Below are positions 55,998 through 64,000 of a stretch of DNA of 64,000 nucleotides, one piece after another (the first letter of the stretch is position 1; every line of letters starts with the position of its first letter). The DNA is from a virus (Duplodnaviria; Heunggongvirae; Uroviricota; Caudoviricetes). Location: IMG/VR virus record IMGVR_UViG_2675903313_000009, one strand, 5' to 3'. A program made the position numbers and the translations under genes. The notes under the pieces are model-generated. The model made no database searches. It saw nothing but the letters and a program-made list of their open reading frames with translations, and was not told where the DNA came from.

Positions 55998-56702
55998 ATG
56001 AGCAACCTCCAGTTAGAGCATTTTAACGTCACAGGCCATTCCGATTTTCCTTTCAAGTTTACATTGAAAGGTTATGCAGAGGATGCGGTAGGCCAGATCA
56101 TTATTGATAAAGGCATCGTTAAGTTTGAGGGGAATTTTGATGAATCCGCGAAAACATTCATAGACTTCGTTGCCAAACGTTGGAGCGAGCAATGGAAAGA
56201 CCTGGAAAAGCGCGCTAGTGAGTTTGATCGGTTCATGGATGCAATGGATACAGCAAAAGAGGCTCTTGCTGCCGGGACTCCGTTAGATCTGGAGTCACTT
56301 TTCAACGGCGAAGTGGCCTCTGCGATGTTCGCCACCATGTTCGCGGGTGAGTTCGTCCGCAGCGGTGCCAAAAACTACCTTGAGCTGGATTACAACGTCC
56401 CTGCAATTGGCGATTTCGTCGTTACCATCCAACGCAAAGAAGGTAAGACGCCAGGTGAACGCGTCGCAGAGCTTGAGGCCGTTGTGGATCAGCGTAACGG
56501 AGAGTGTGACCGTTTGATCAACGAGCTTCATGCACTTCGGGAAGAAAGAATATGCGCGGGTAGTAATACACGTAATGCAGCGGATATCTACTTCCAGTTA
56601 GTTGAGGAATGCCAGATTCCACCAGGTGGCTCTCTTGTCGATTACGTCAGACATTTAATGGCGGAAGTTAACTCCAGCCATAAAGATGGTGAGGTGCGCT
56701 GA
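55998..56702 (+). CDS. hypothetical protein
   Basis: 234 aa; start context aagagaaaaacacATG. Confidence 0.5.
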   Translation: MSNLQLEHFNVTGHSDFPFKFTLKGYAEDAVGQIIIDKGIVKFEGNFDESAKTFIDFVAKRWSEQWKDLEKRASEFDRFMDAMDTAKEALAAGTPLDLESLFNGEVASAMFATMFAGEFVRSGAKNYLELDYNVPAIGDFVVTIQRKEGKTPGERVAELEAVVDQRNGECDRLINELHALREERICAGSNTRNAADIYFQLVEECQIPPGGSLVDYVRHLMAEVNSSHKDGEVR

Positions 56703-57082
56703 TGTTTGGCATTGATGCACAGCGTATAGCAGCTTTTGCAAAAAGTCCTCTTGATAATCCCTTGTCTCGTAGTGAGCAAATGGCGCTGGCAAGGCTTTTT
56801 CTTCACATTCAAAAACAGGCAGACGTTTTCAATAACATGCCTGATCAACCTATTCTGGATGGTCACATCCAGATGGTCATTAACAGTCATGAGAAAGGCT
56901 GGGCTGCAATCGTCCCCTGCACAATTACATACAAGTTGGCGAAAGAGGTTCAAGAGTTTCGAAAAGTCAGCGTCGAATCAGAGTCTACCAAAGCCGCAAT
57001 AAACACTCTTATTCGCATGGGGTTCACATGGGACGGTGGAGCTTACTGGCAAGCACCTCAACCCATTTTATCCGACAATTAG
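56702..57082 (+). CDS. hypothetical protein
   Basis: 126 aa; start overlaps the previous stop. Confidence 0.45.
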   Translation: MFGIDAQRIAAFAKSPLDNPLSRSEQMALARLFLHIQKQADVFNNMPDQPILDGHIQMVINSHEKGWAAIVPCTITYKLAKEVQEFRKVSVESESTKAAINTLIRMGFTWDGGAYWQAPQPILSDN

Positions 57083-57220
57083 GCGCTACAAATCCTTCTG
57101 CATGAATAAATAAAGGCCATAAGTTATGGCCTTAAATAAATTGTTTTCTACCTTTTCTTATTTGTGAAAATAAACCAGCACTTGGTAGTGCTTATGTAAC
57201 AGCAAAGAAGAGAAAAACAC

Positions 57221-57721
57221 ATGAGTAACAAAATCGAAAATCCCGTAGTTCTCATTCACAAGCGCGAGAACCACGACTCCTATGCGGTGGCGATCACCAA
57301 TGGGAGTCACGATTTTTACGATGGCCTGCTAATGGCCTCAGTGTCGCCTGATGAGGCAGACAACTCTTTTGCCGTCTTCGCTATGGTTGGTTACTACATG
57401 GCTGCCGAAATTGAGAAGTTGCGGGCGCAAAGAGACGCATTAGCGGCGGAGAATGCAGCCCTGAAAGAATCTGAGCGAGCATTCGATGCGATGTGTGCCG
57501 AGGAACACGGAGATAATTGGGTTAGCGAATTAACGGAGACTCCAGCCACCGATACTTTTCTGGCTGAAGTACGTGCGCAGGGCGTGGATATGGCTCGTAA
57601 CGCGATGATTGATTTTGTTGATGGTGAAGTTGGGCCAAACAAGAACGTTCCGGGGCTGATTAGAGGCGCAGAGATATGCGTAAGTATTGCTGAACAGCTT
57701 CGTAAAGGAGTCATCCAGTGA
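57221..57721 (+). CDS. hypothetical protein
   Basis: 166 aa; start context gaagagaaaaacacATG. Confidence 0.5.
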   Translation: MSNKIENPVVLIHKRENHDSYAVAITNGSHDFYDGLLMASVSPDEADNSFAVFAMVGYYMAAEIEKLRAQRDALAAENAALKESERAFDAMCAEEHGDNWVSELTETPATDTFLAEVRAQGVDMARNAMIDFVDGEVGPNKNVPGLIRGAEICVSIAEQLRKGVIQ

Positions 57722-58185
57722 GCAAGATTGACTATCAGGCACTGCGTGAAAAGGCAGAGAAAGCAACGTGTGGTGAGTGGTCGCTCGAATATGGAGAGAG
57801 CCGATTAGATGGTGATGATGCGCTAATTCATCGTGAAGTTGCTGGATATATTCCTATTTGCAGAATTGAAGGAGCGCATCCTGAAAGCGGTTTCGATGAA
57901 GATTTCCAGATGGAACAGCAGGCCAATGCTGAATTCATCGCCGCAGCCAGTCCAGCTACCGTGCTGGCACTACTGGATGAGATCAACGCATTAGAGGAAA
58001 CGCGTATCAACGATGTTTGCCGTATTGCGGAACTAACAAAACAACTGGAGTTGGCAAAATCAAAACTCAACGAGCAGCGTGAGTATTACGAGGGCGTTAT
58101 CTCGGATGGAAGTAAGCGCATAGCCGCTCTTCTTCGCAAGGACAATCTTGCCAGCGCCACGAACATTGAAGGTGAAAGAAAATGA
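57718..58185 (+). CDS. hypothetical coiled-coil protein (possibly Ea22-like; unverified)
   Basis: N-terminus [21 protein letters not shown] recalls prophage ead/Ea22-like proteins from memory; needs a search. Confidence 0.4.
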   Translation: MSKIDYQALREKAEKATCGEWSLEYGESRLDGDDALIHREVAGYIPICRIEGAHPESGFDEDFQMEQQANAEFIAAASPATVLALLDEINALEETRINDVCRIAELTKQLELAKSKLNEQREYYEGVISDGSKRIAALLRKDNLASATNIEGERK

Positions 58186-58505
58186 CCACATCGCACTCTG
58201 CTATTACCCAAGAAAAAGCCTTCAACATACTCGAACGACTAGAGACGCTCGCTACGGAGGAGGATATATCCCCGGAGAAACTGGTTGAGTTCAGCCGTGT
58301 GATATTGCGTCGCAAGAACGATATGGAGCGGCTGACATCTGGCGCTCCATCCTTATCAGTCAGGCGAACACTTTGTTGCAGCTTCTGCAACAAATCCCAG
58401 TACGCCGTCAAAAAGTTAATTGCTGGGGACGCCGTTTTCATCTGCGACGAGTGTGTGGATGTGTGCAACAGAATTATCCGGGGAGAGAAAGAGGGATCAG
58501 CATGA
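58182..58505 (+). CDS. small protein with ClpX-type C4 zinc-finger domain
   Basis: [34 protein letters not shown] closely parallels the ClpX N-terminal zinc-binding domain ([34 protein letters not shown]). Confidence 0.75.
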   Translation: MTTSHSAITQEKAFNILERLETLATEEDISPEKLVEFSRVILRRKNDMERLTSGAPSLSVRRTLCCSFCNKSQYAVKKLIAGDAVFICDECVDVCNRIIRGEKEGSA

Positions 58506-59032
58506 AATTTTCCAAATTTTCTGAGTTGGTGAATCGTATTTTGTCCAACAACCACAGCCATCGTCGCGATATGGATGTAACGATCGTTGTTCATTCGCCT
58601 GGTCGCATCGGTTCAACACCATCAGTTGAGGTTCAGTCAATTCAGGCGGGTTTTGATTGGGATGCCGGGCAAGTGATGATTTTTCCAGCACAGCCACTGA
58701 CCACGCTAACACCAGAGCAGGTTGCTGATATCACTGATAGTGTGCGCAAAGGTCAGTCTTGGCACGCGTATCAGGAATACAAGAAGCATAAAGAGCAGTT
58801 GGAAAAATTGTCGATGGAGTTGGAAGCCGCTAAACAGCGGGAAAAAGATCTGTTTATGGAAAATGTTCGACTTAAGTCAGGTATAGCCGGTCTGATACAC
58901 CTCGGTATTCGATATGCGGATGTTGAGGTCATGAAAATTGCTGGAGATGCCCAGCTTTCTACTCCATGCACTGACAGCATCATAAACAGCATTGCAGCAG
59001 GCATTTTCACCAAAGAGGGGGCAGCACGATGA
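58502..59032 (+). CDS. hypothetical protein
   Basis: 176 aa; ATGA overlap with the preceding ORF; ORF open from 58373. Confidence 0.45.
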   Translation: MKFSKFSELVNRILSNNHSHRRDMDVTIVVHSPGRIGSTPSVEVQSIQAGFDWDAGQVMIFPAQPLTTLTPEQVADITDSVRKGQSWHAYQEYKKHKEQLEKLSMELEAAKQREKDLFMENVRLKSGIAGLIHLGIRYADVEVMKIAGDAQLSTPCTDSIINSIAAGIFTKEGAAR

Positions 59033-59214
59033 GAACACTAGAGGTTCGCGCTGAAGACGTAATCCCTGGTGATGTGCTCATAACATCTAAAGGTCAACAA
59101 TGTGCGGTTAAATCTTTTTGGATGGAAAATGACAAAGTGACTCTGTTCGGTACGGATGGTTCCGAAACTGATTATGACTACGACGAATTGCTTGTTGTTG
59201 AGAGAGCTGCCTAA
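59029..59214 (+). CDS. hypothetical small protein
   Basis: 61 aa; overlapping start/stop. Confidence 0.4.
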   Translation: MRTLEVRAEDVIPGDVLITSKGQQCAVKSFWMENDKVTLFGTDGSETDYDYDELLVVERAA

Positions 59215-59867
59215 TGACCACCGTTAACAATAAGAAATGCTACCCAAGCGAGAAATATCTTAATGAGCTGATCACCAACATTGAGTTTGCTGCAAGGGCA
59301 CCAGTTGAAGTCGTGAGAGCGATTGCAGCAGAGCTACAGAAGCACCGTAAGGCCTATGCCAATACAGCCGCATCTAAGGATGGTTGGATAAGCTGTAGTG
59401 AGCGAATGCCTGTAATTGGCGAGCTAAATTGGAGAACTAGTTTTCCTTTACTGGTTATGTGTGAGATCGGCGTTATACCTGCTTATTACGGCTTTGTGAG
59501 CGTTAATGGTGATAGGCATTATGGCTTTATGGAGAGTCTTAAATACGGAGACGATAACGGCAACCATCCTCAAACTAATGAATATGGTCTGATTAGCAAT
59601 GTCACACACTGGATGCCACTACCAGAACGCCGCAGGAGTCGAACAGTGAATAATGCAGAGTTATTTCAGAAAATATCGGCTCTCGCGACTGAATGCCACG
59701 CTATAGCATCTGAGCTTGATGTTGGCGATGAACGAACCGAGATGTTCGAAATATACAGTGTGCTGCGCAATCTCTGTCGGCGTGGCTACGCCACTCAAGT
59801 AGGGCGAATGACTAACCCACTACTCTCATCCTGTGATGAGGATGACTCGGATGAGGATGACGAATGA
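59214..59867 (+). CDS. hypothetical protein with acidic C-terminus
   Basis: 217-codon ORF in a tightly packed operon. Confidence 0.45.
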   Translation: MTTVNNKKCYPSEKYLNELITNIEFAARAPVEVVRAIAAELQKHRKAYANTAASKDGWISCSERMPVIGELNWRTSFPLLVMCEIGVIPAYYGFVSVNGDRHYGFMESLKYGDDNGNHPQTNEYGLISNVTHWMPLPERRRSRTVNNAELFQKISALATECHAIASELDVGDERTEMFEIYSVLRNLCRRGYATQVGRMTNPLLSSCDEDDSDEDDE

Positions 59868-60247
59868 TGCATAAATCAGTAGCCGGTGAGTTTCAGAAGG
59901 AAGTCGATAATACCACTGATCTATTGGACGATATTTTAAGCATTCTCGCGCTGCTTGAGGCTGGCGATTGGTCAGAACATTGCACTAAAACAGAGCTAGG
60001 CGGTCGGCTTGAAAGAGAGATTACACGACTGATTAGCGATGCCCAAAATGATTTGTCACCTGAGCATCTCCCCTGCGATGTAGTTCTTGTGCCAGGGATG
60101 AGGATACACGAAGGCGTCAGAACGAAAACATTATTAACCGCATTACAGAGAAGAGCCGAACTAAGCTCGCGGATAAAGTTGATGCCATCCAAAATATTTG
60201 ATGTCGTCAAATTTACGCCATCGCAACATACTGAGAGAGATAAATGA
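59864..60247 (+). CDS. hypothetical protein
   Basis: 127 aa; overlapping start/stop. Confidence 0.45.
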   Translation: MMHKSVAGEFQKEVDNTTDLLDDILSILALLEAGDWSEHCTKTELGGRLEREITRLISDAQNDLSPEHLPCDVVLVPGMRIHEGVRTKTLLTALQRRAELSSRIKLMPSKIFDVVKFTPSQHTERDK

Positions 60248-60870
60248 GCACGGTAGCGAAAGATCTCACAGAAGATATTCTCAATGAAATTATTGCTGGT
60301 GCAAATACCTCGCTTGAGCAACTTCTTGCGTTAGCACTGAGAGCCGAACGTCGAGACAGAAATCGTTTTTATGAGCGATTACCAGGGAAGCGACCAGATA
60401 GATCGGATGAAGAAGGTTGCGATATAGACTACATGGAGCCTTCAGAGATTTATCAACTTGGTAAAGATGACGGCTGGAACGCTTATCACGATGCTGTGAT
60501 GAAGTTGGATGAAAAAGTTAAACCTCTTTCTCGACCGGTAGATCACGGTTTCCGCGATAACTGCGAATGCTCTAGTTGCCAGACCACGGCCCGTATTTGT
60601 TCCGAATTGACAGATAAGTCCAGCCTAATCTACGAAGTTAATGTAGGCGGTAATACATGGGTCGAATGCACAAGAGCTGCATACGTAAGAGCAAAAGACA
60701 AGGGTGAATTAACCAGAGTTGTTACCCATCACCCAAATAATGAGCTTAAAGATCACCAGATTAGAGAACTGGTGAACGAGTTGCGGGATATTGCGGTTCA
60801 GTACCACGGAGCGCAGCAATTGCGGGAGAAAATTGCCAGAGCAGTGAACAACTCAGTCCGTAAAAAATAA
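60244..60870 (+). CDS. hypothetical protein (last phage-type ORF before the junction region)
   Basis: 208 aa; overlapping start with the previous ORF; followed by a hairpin lacking a T-run. Confidence 0.45.
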   Translation: MSTVAKDLTEDILNEIIAGANTSLEQLLALALRAERRDRNRFYERLPGKRPDRSDEEGCDIDYMEPSEIYQLGKDDGWNAYHDAVMKLDEKVKPLSRPVDHGFRDNCECSSCQTTARICSELTDKSSLIYEVNVGGNTWVECTRAAYVRAKDKGELTRVVTHHPNNELKDHQIRELVNELRDIAVQYHGAQQLREKIARAVNNSVRKK

Positions 60871-60925
60871 GCAATAGTACGATAAAGAGGCCCCATGCTC
60901 TTGATGGGGCCTGTAGCAACTAGCG

Positions 60926-61009
60926 TTATGGACGCTGGTTTACGTACTCAATGATCGCTTTGATAATCGCGAACATCGGCGGCACGATTTTGAACAGTAA
61001 GTTAACCAT
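60926..61009 (-). CDS. candidate 27-aa hydrophobic peptide (type I toxin-like; speculative)
   Basis: minus-strand ATG with GAGG 6 nt upstream; MVNLLFKIVPPMFAIIKAIIEYVNQRP; a degenerate copy of its 5' segment recurs near 61100. Confidence 0.2.
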   Translation of the reverse strand: MVNLLFKIVPPMFAIIKAIIEYVNQRP

Positions 61010-61314
61010 AACAGGCCTCACTTAGTTTTATCGCGCCTAGCTGCAAATACCTTTGGGCTTGCCTTTGCAGTTGCAATATCTGTAGTCGCCAGATACTTAC
61101 GGCACGATTTCGAGTTAAGGTAAGGTTTTAGAGTCACCAAAAACCTGGACTTAAATCTTCTTTGAGAACAACGATGTTTAGTAAATGGTCATTATTACCT
61201 AGTATGACCACTCAACGTTTCTTGATGAATCCAGTACATTCGGTTAATCTTAATTCAGTCGCCAGATACTTATGGCTCAGGAACAGAGCCGCAAACTCTG
61301 TTTCCTTTTAAAAA

Positions 61315-61340
61315 GCCCAGCCTAGTCAACTGGGCTTTTT
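61315..61340. terminator. bidirectional rho-independent terminator
   Basis: stem gcccag/ctgggc flanked by A5 and T5. Confidence 0.7.
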
Positions 61341-61637
61341 AATGTCTATTTTTAACCCAACATACCCTCAATACTGCAACATCAGTGTCTTGCGAATTAA
61401 GATAGTGTGAATAGATTTTTCATGCAAGTGCATAAGCCTGTGGATAACTCAGGAAGGAAAAAGTGACTTCTGCGCACTTTAGACCGGACAAGGCGTTCGA
61501 AAAAGTCAATGGGAAGAAAAAATTTGTTAAAAATAACGTTTGTTTGAATTGTATATATTTATGCCTTTCAATAGTTAGCATCTTATTAACATCTTTTTTA
61601 AGAGATAGAGTTCAAAAATATATAGCTTCAATATACA

Positions 61638-61653
61638 CTGTATGTGTATACAG
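61638..61653 (+). promoter_or_regulatory. LexA (SOS) box
   Basis: CTGTATGTGTATACAG, matching the CTGT-N8-ACAG consensus, about 20 bp upstream of the umuD'-like start. Confidence 0.8.
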
Positions 61654-61671
61654 TATTAAGAGGCGAGTATT

Positions 61672-62061
61672 ATGGGCTTCCCTTCTCCTGCGGCGGATTA
61701 TGCTGAGAGCCGTATTTCTCTTGATCAGCAGATAATTAGACATCCTTCAGCGACCTACTTCATGAGGGCAGCTGATAGTCATCATCGTGAGGGAATATTA
61801 CAGGGTGCATTGCTGGTGGTCGATTCCTCACTTACCCCGGTTGATGGTTCTCTGCTTGTATGCGCTCTGGATGGGGAATATCGCGTAAAAAGATACCGGA
61901 AGTATCCACGTCAGCATCTGGAGGATTTAAGAACCGGTAAGAAGGAAGCATTGCCAAAGGATGACGATGGATGCACGGGCAGCAATGCCGTGTTTGGTGT
62001 GATCACTCACATTATCAACGACGCAAGAAGTGGCGAGTTTGATGATTGTCCCGTGATGTAG
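61672..62061 (+). CDS. UmuD'-like (pre-truncated UmuD/S24 peptidase family) protein
   Basis: starts GFPSPAADY (the UmuD' N-terminus), then HPSATYF, DS(H), DGEYRVK and VFGVITHI parallel UmuD; no N-terminal cleavage region. Confidence 0.75.
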   Translation: MGFPSPAADYAESRISLDQQIIRHPSATYFMRAADSHHREGILQGALLVVDSSLTPVDGSLLVCALDGEYRVKRYRKYPRQHLEDLRTGKKEALPKDDDGCTGSNAVFGVITHIINDARSGEFDDCPVM

Positions 62062-62073
62062 GAGAACTGATTA

Positions 62074-62097
62074 GGCGGTGCAATGCACCGCCTTTTT
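62074..62097 (+). terminator. rho-independent terminator
   Basis: stem ggcggtgc/gcaccgcc followed by T5; sits between the convergent umuD'-like and apbC genes. Confidence 0.75.
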
Positions 62098-62098
62098 A

Positions 62099-63199
62099 TC
62101 ACACTGCGCGGAATGCGATTTCGCCAGGTATTACTTCACCTTGCCAATACATTTGGGCAGCAACGCGATCTGCGAGGTCACGATAAATAGCCGTAAATTC
62201 GCTATCTGGACGACTAATAACGGTTGGTGTTCCGTTATCCAGATCTTCACGAAGTGAGATATGAAGTGGCATTTGGCCTAACAACTGCGTGTTGTATTTC
62301 TCGGCCAGTTTCTCTGCGCCACCGGTGCCGAAAATTGGCTCGTGATGACCGCAGTTACTGCAAATATGCACACTCATGTTTTCGACGATACCCAGTACCG
62401 GCACTTCGACTTTTTCGAACATCACAATGCCTTTCTTCGCATCGATCAGCGCGATGTCTTGCGGCGTAGTTACCACAACAGCACCAGTTACAGGAATGTT
62501 CTGCGCCAGCGTCAACTGAATATCACCAGTGCCCGGCGGCATATCGAGAACAAGATAGTCCAGATCAGGCCATAGAGTTTCCTGCAACATCTGCATCAGC
62601 GCCTTGCTGGCCATCGGTCCACGCCACACCATTGCATTGTCGTCGGTGACCAGATAACCAATAGAGTTGGTTGCCAGGCCATGAGACATGATAGGTGCCA
62701 TGTGAGTACCGTCAGGTGAGGTTGGACGTTGGTTTTCCGCGCCCAGCATGGTTGGAATTGATGGACCATAGATATCGGCATCCAAAATACCAACTTTCGC
62801 ACCTTCAGCAGCCAACGCCAGTGCCAGGTTTACCGCCGTGGAGGATTTACCCACGCCGCCCTTGCCTGAGCTGACGGCGATAATGTTCTTAACGCCATTA
62901 ATGCCTGGTTGGTTTTTGACACGCTTAAGCGTGGCAATGTTGTACGACAGCTTCCAGTCAATAGCCTTTGCGCCAGTGATACGGAGCAGATCACCACTAC
63001 ATTGCTCTTTCAGGTCTTCAAAAGGCTTATTCCACACGAAAGGCATGATTAGTTCGACATGCAGTGTGTCATCCATCAACGCAACATGGTGTAACGCTTT
63101 AAGCGTAGTCAGGTTGTGTTTCAGGGTTGGGTGCTGAAAATTAGCCAGCGTACCGGCTACCATTGCTCTCAGGGCATCCGGCGATTTGGACTCGCTCAT
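62099..63199 (-). CDS. apbC: Fe-S cluster carrier ATPase ApbC/Mrp
   Basis: 366 aa; deviant Walker A SSGKGGVGKSS and CSNCGHHEP motif; near-identical to enterobacterial Mrp as recalled. Confidence 0.95.
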   Translation of the reverse strand: MSESKSPDALRAMVAGTLANFQHPTLKHNLTTLKALHHVALMDDTLHVELIMPFVWNKPFEDLKEQCSGDLLRITGAKAIDWKLSYNIATLKRVKNQPGINGVKNIIAVSSGKGGVGKSSTAVNLALALAAEGAKVGILDADIYGPSIPTMLGAENQRPTSPDGTHMAPIMSHGLATNSIGYLVTDDNAMVWRGPMASKALMQMLQETLWPDLDYLVLDMPPGTGDIQLTLAQNIPVTGAVVVTTPQDIALIDAKKGIVMFEKVEVPVLGIVENMSVHICSNCGHHEPIFGTGGAEKLAEKYNTQLLGQMPLHISLREDLDNGTPTVISRPDSEFTAIYRDLADRVAAQMYWQGEVIPGEIAFRAV

Positions 63200-63356
63200 C
63201 CCGTCTCCTTTATTTTAATTTGCGCAATTGTCGCCTTGTAGTGTACTCCAGCTACGACATTTAATCATTTATGAGAAATGCTGTTATCACATGGCAGACA
63301 TAAGGCCATTTTGTTACTATCAAGCCCCTTTTCACTACAAAGAAGTAATGCCTACT

Positions 63357-64000
63357 ATGACCCAAGTCGCGAAGAAAATTCTGGTGACGTGCGCGCTGCC
63401 GTACGCTAACGGCTCAATCCACCTCGGCCATATGCTGGAGCACATCCAGGCTGATGTCTGGGTTCGTTACCAGCGAATGCGCGGCCACGAGGTTAATTTC
63501 ATCTGTGCCGACGATGCCCACGGTACGCCGATCATGCTGAAAGCACAGCAGCTTGGTATCACACCGGAGCAGATGATTGGCGAAATGAGTCAGGAACACC
63601 AGACTGATTTCGCAGGCTTTAACATCAGCTATGACAACTATCACTCGACGCACAGCGAAGAGAACCGCCAGCTGTCTGAGCTTATCTATACTCGCCTGAA
63701 AGAGAACGGTTTTATTAAAAACCGCACTATCTCTCAGTTGTACGACCCGGAAAAAGGCATGTTCCTGCCGGATCGTTTTGTGAAAGGCACCTGCCCGAAA
63801 TGTAAAGCGCCAGATCAATACGGCGATAACTGTGAAGTTTGCGGCGCGACCTACAGCCCGACTGAACTGATTGAGCCGAAATCGGTAGTTTCTGGCGCTA
63901 CGCCGGTAATGCGTGATTCTGAACACTTCTTCTTTGATCTGCCCTCTTTCAGCGAAATGTTGCAGGCATGGACCCGCAGCGGTGCGTTGCAGGAGCAGGT
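63357..64000 (+). CDS. metG: methionyl-tRNA synthetase, 5' portion (continues beyond window end)
   Basis: [35 protein letters not shown] (HIGH motif) and zinc knuckle CPKC...CEVCG; no stop within the window. Confidence 0.95.
   Translation, partial: MTQVAKKILVTCALPYANGSIHLGHMLEHIQADVWVRYQRMRGHEVNFICADDAHGTPIMLKAQQLGITPEQMIGEMSQEHQTDFAGFNISYDNYHSTHSEENRQLSELIYTRLKENGFIKNRTISQLYDPEKGMFLPDRFVKGTCPKCKAPDQYGDNCEVCGATYSPTELIEPKSVVSGATPVMRDSEHFFFDLPSFSEMLQAWTRSGALQEQ

Noticed and set aside
61463-61735. 90-codon ORF upstream of the umuD'-like gene
   Set aside because: AT-rich, low-complexity, and it runs through the LexA box and into the umuD'-like start; more likely promoter DNA than a gene.
63414-63926. 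170-codon minus-strand ORF
   Set aside because: Lies entirely antisense within the highly conserved metG coding sequence; shadow ORF.

Overview
Most of the window (about 1-60,900) is a phage-plasmid-like element on the + strand; the last 3 kb holds a LexA-box-controlled umuD'-like gene followed by enterobacterial apbC (mrp, minus strand) and the start of metG. The element carries plasmid-maintenance functions: a ParA/RHH partition pair (861-1888) and a P1-like iteron replicon (RepA-like initiator 32770-33864 flanked by iteron arrays, with a GATC cluster and DnaA-box-like site at 34026-34099). It has a tyrosine recombinase (16218-17321) with a lox-like 13-7-13 inverted repeat 100 bp upstream, an HTH repressor-like gene, and four phage-type tRNAs (Asn, Tyr, Thr, Ser) separated by long conserved hairpins. 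It also encodes its own replication, recombination and nucleotide-metabolism machinery: DnaB-like helicase, primase, ATP-dependent ligase, DnaE-type polymerase, RecA-like recombinase, flap endonuclease, SbcCD-like and RuvC-like nucleases, NrdAB, ThyA with insertions, DHFR, RNase HI, a DnaQ-like exonuclease and two adenine methyltransferases. No capsid, tail, terminase or lysis genes are recognisable here, so the structural module must lie upstream of the window or be absent. Two dyad motifs recur upstream of many genes and look like a dispersed operator/promoter network. Candidate novel accessory cassettes include a vWA/AAA+ (CobT/CobS-like) pair, a small-membrane-protein plus SPFH lipoprotein cassette, a TerB-like cassette, a ClpX-zinc-finger mimic, an AT-rich membrane-anchored gene beside the tRNAs, and a 570-bp structured noncoding region before RNase H. 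All functional calls rest on motifs read by eye and on recalled family knowledge; no database search was run.
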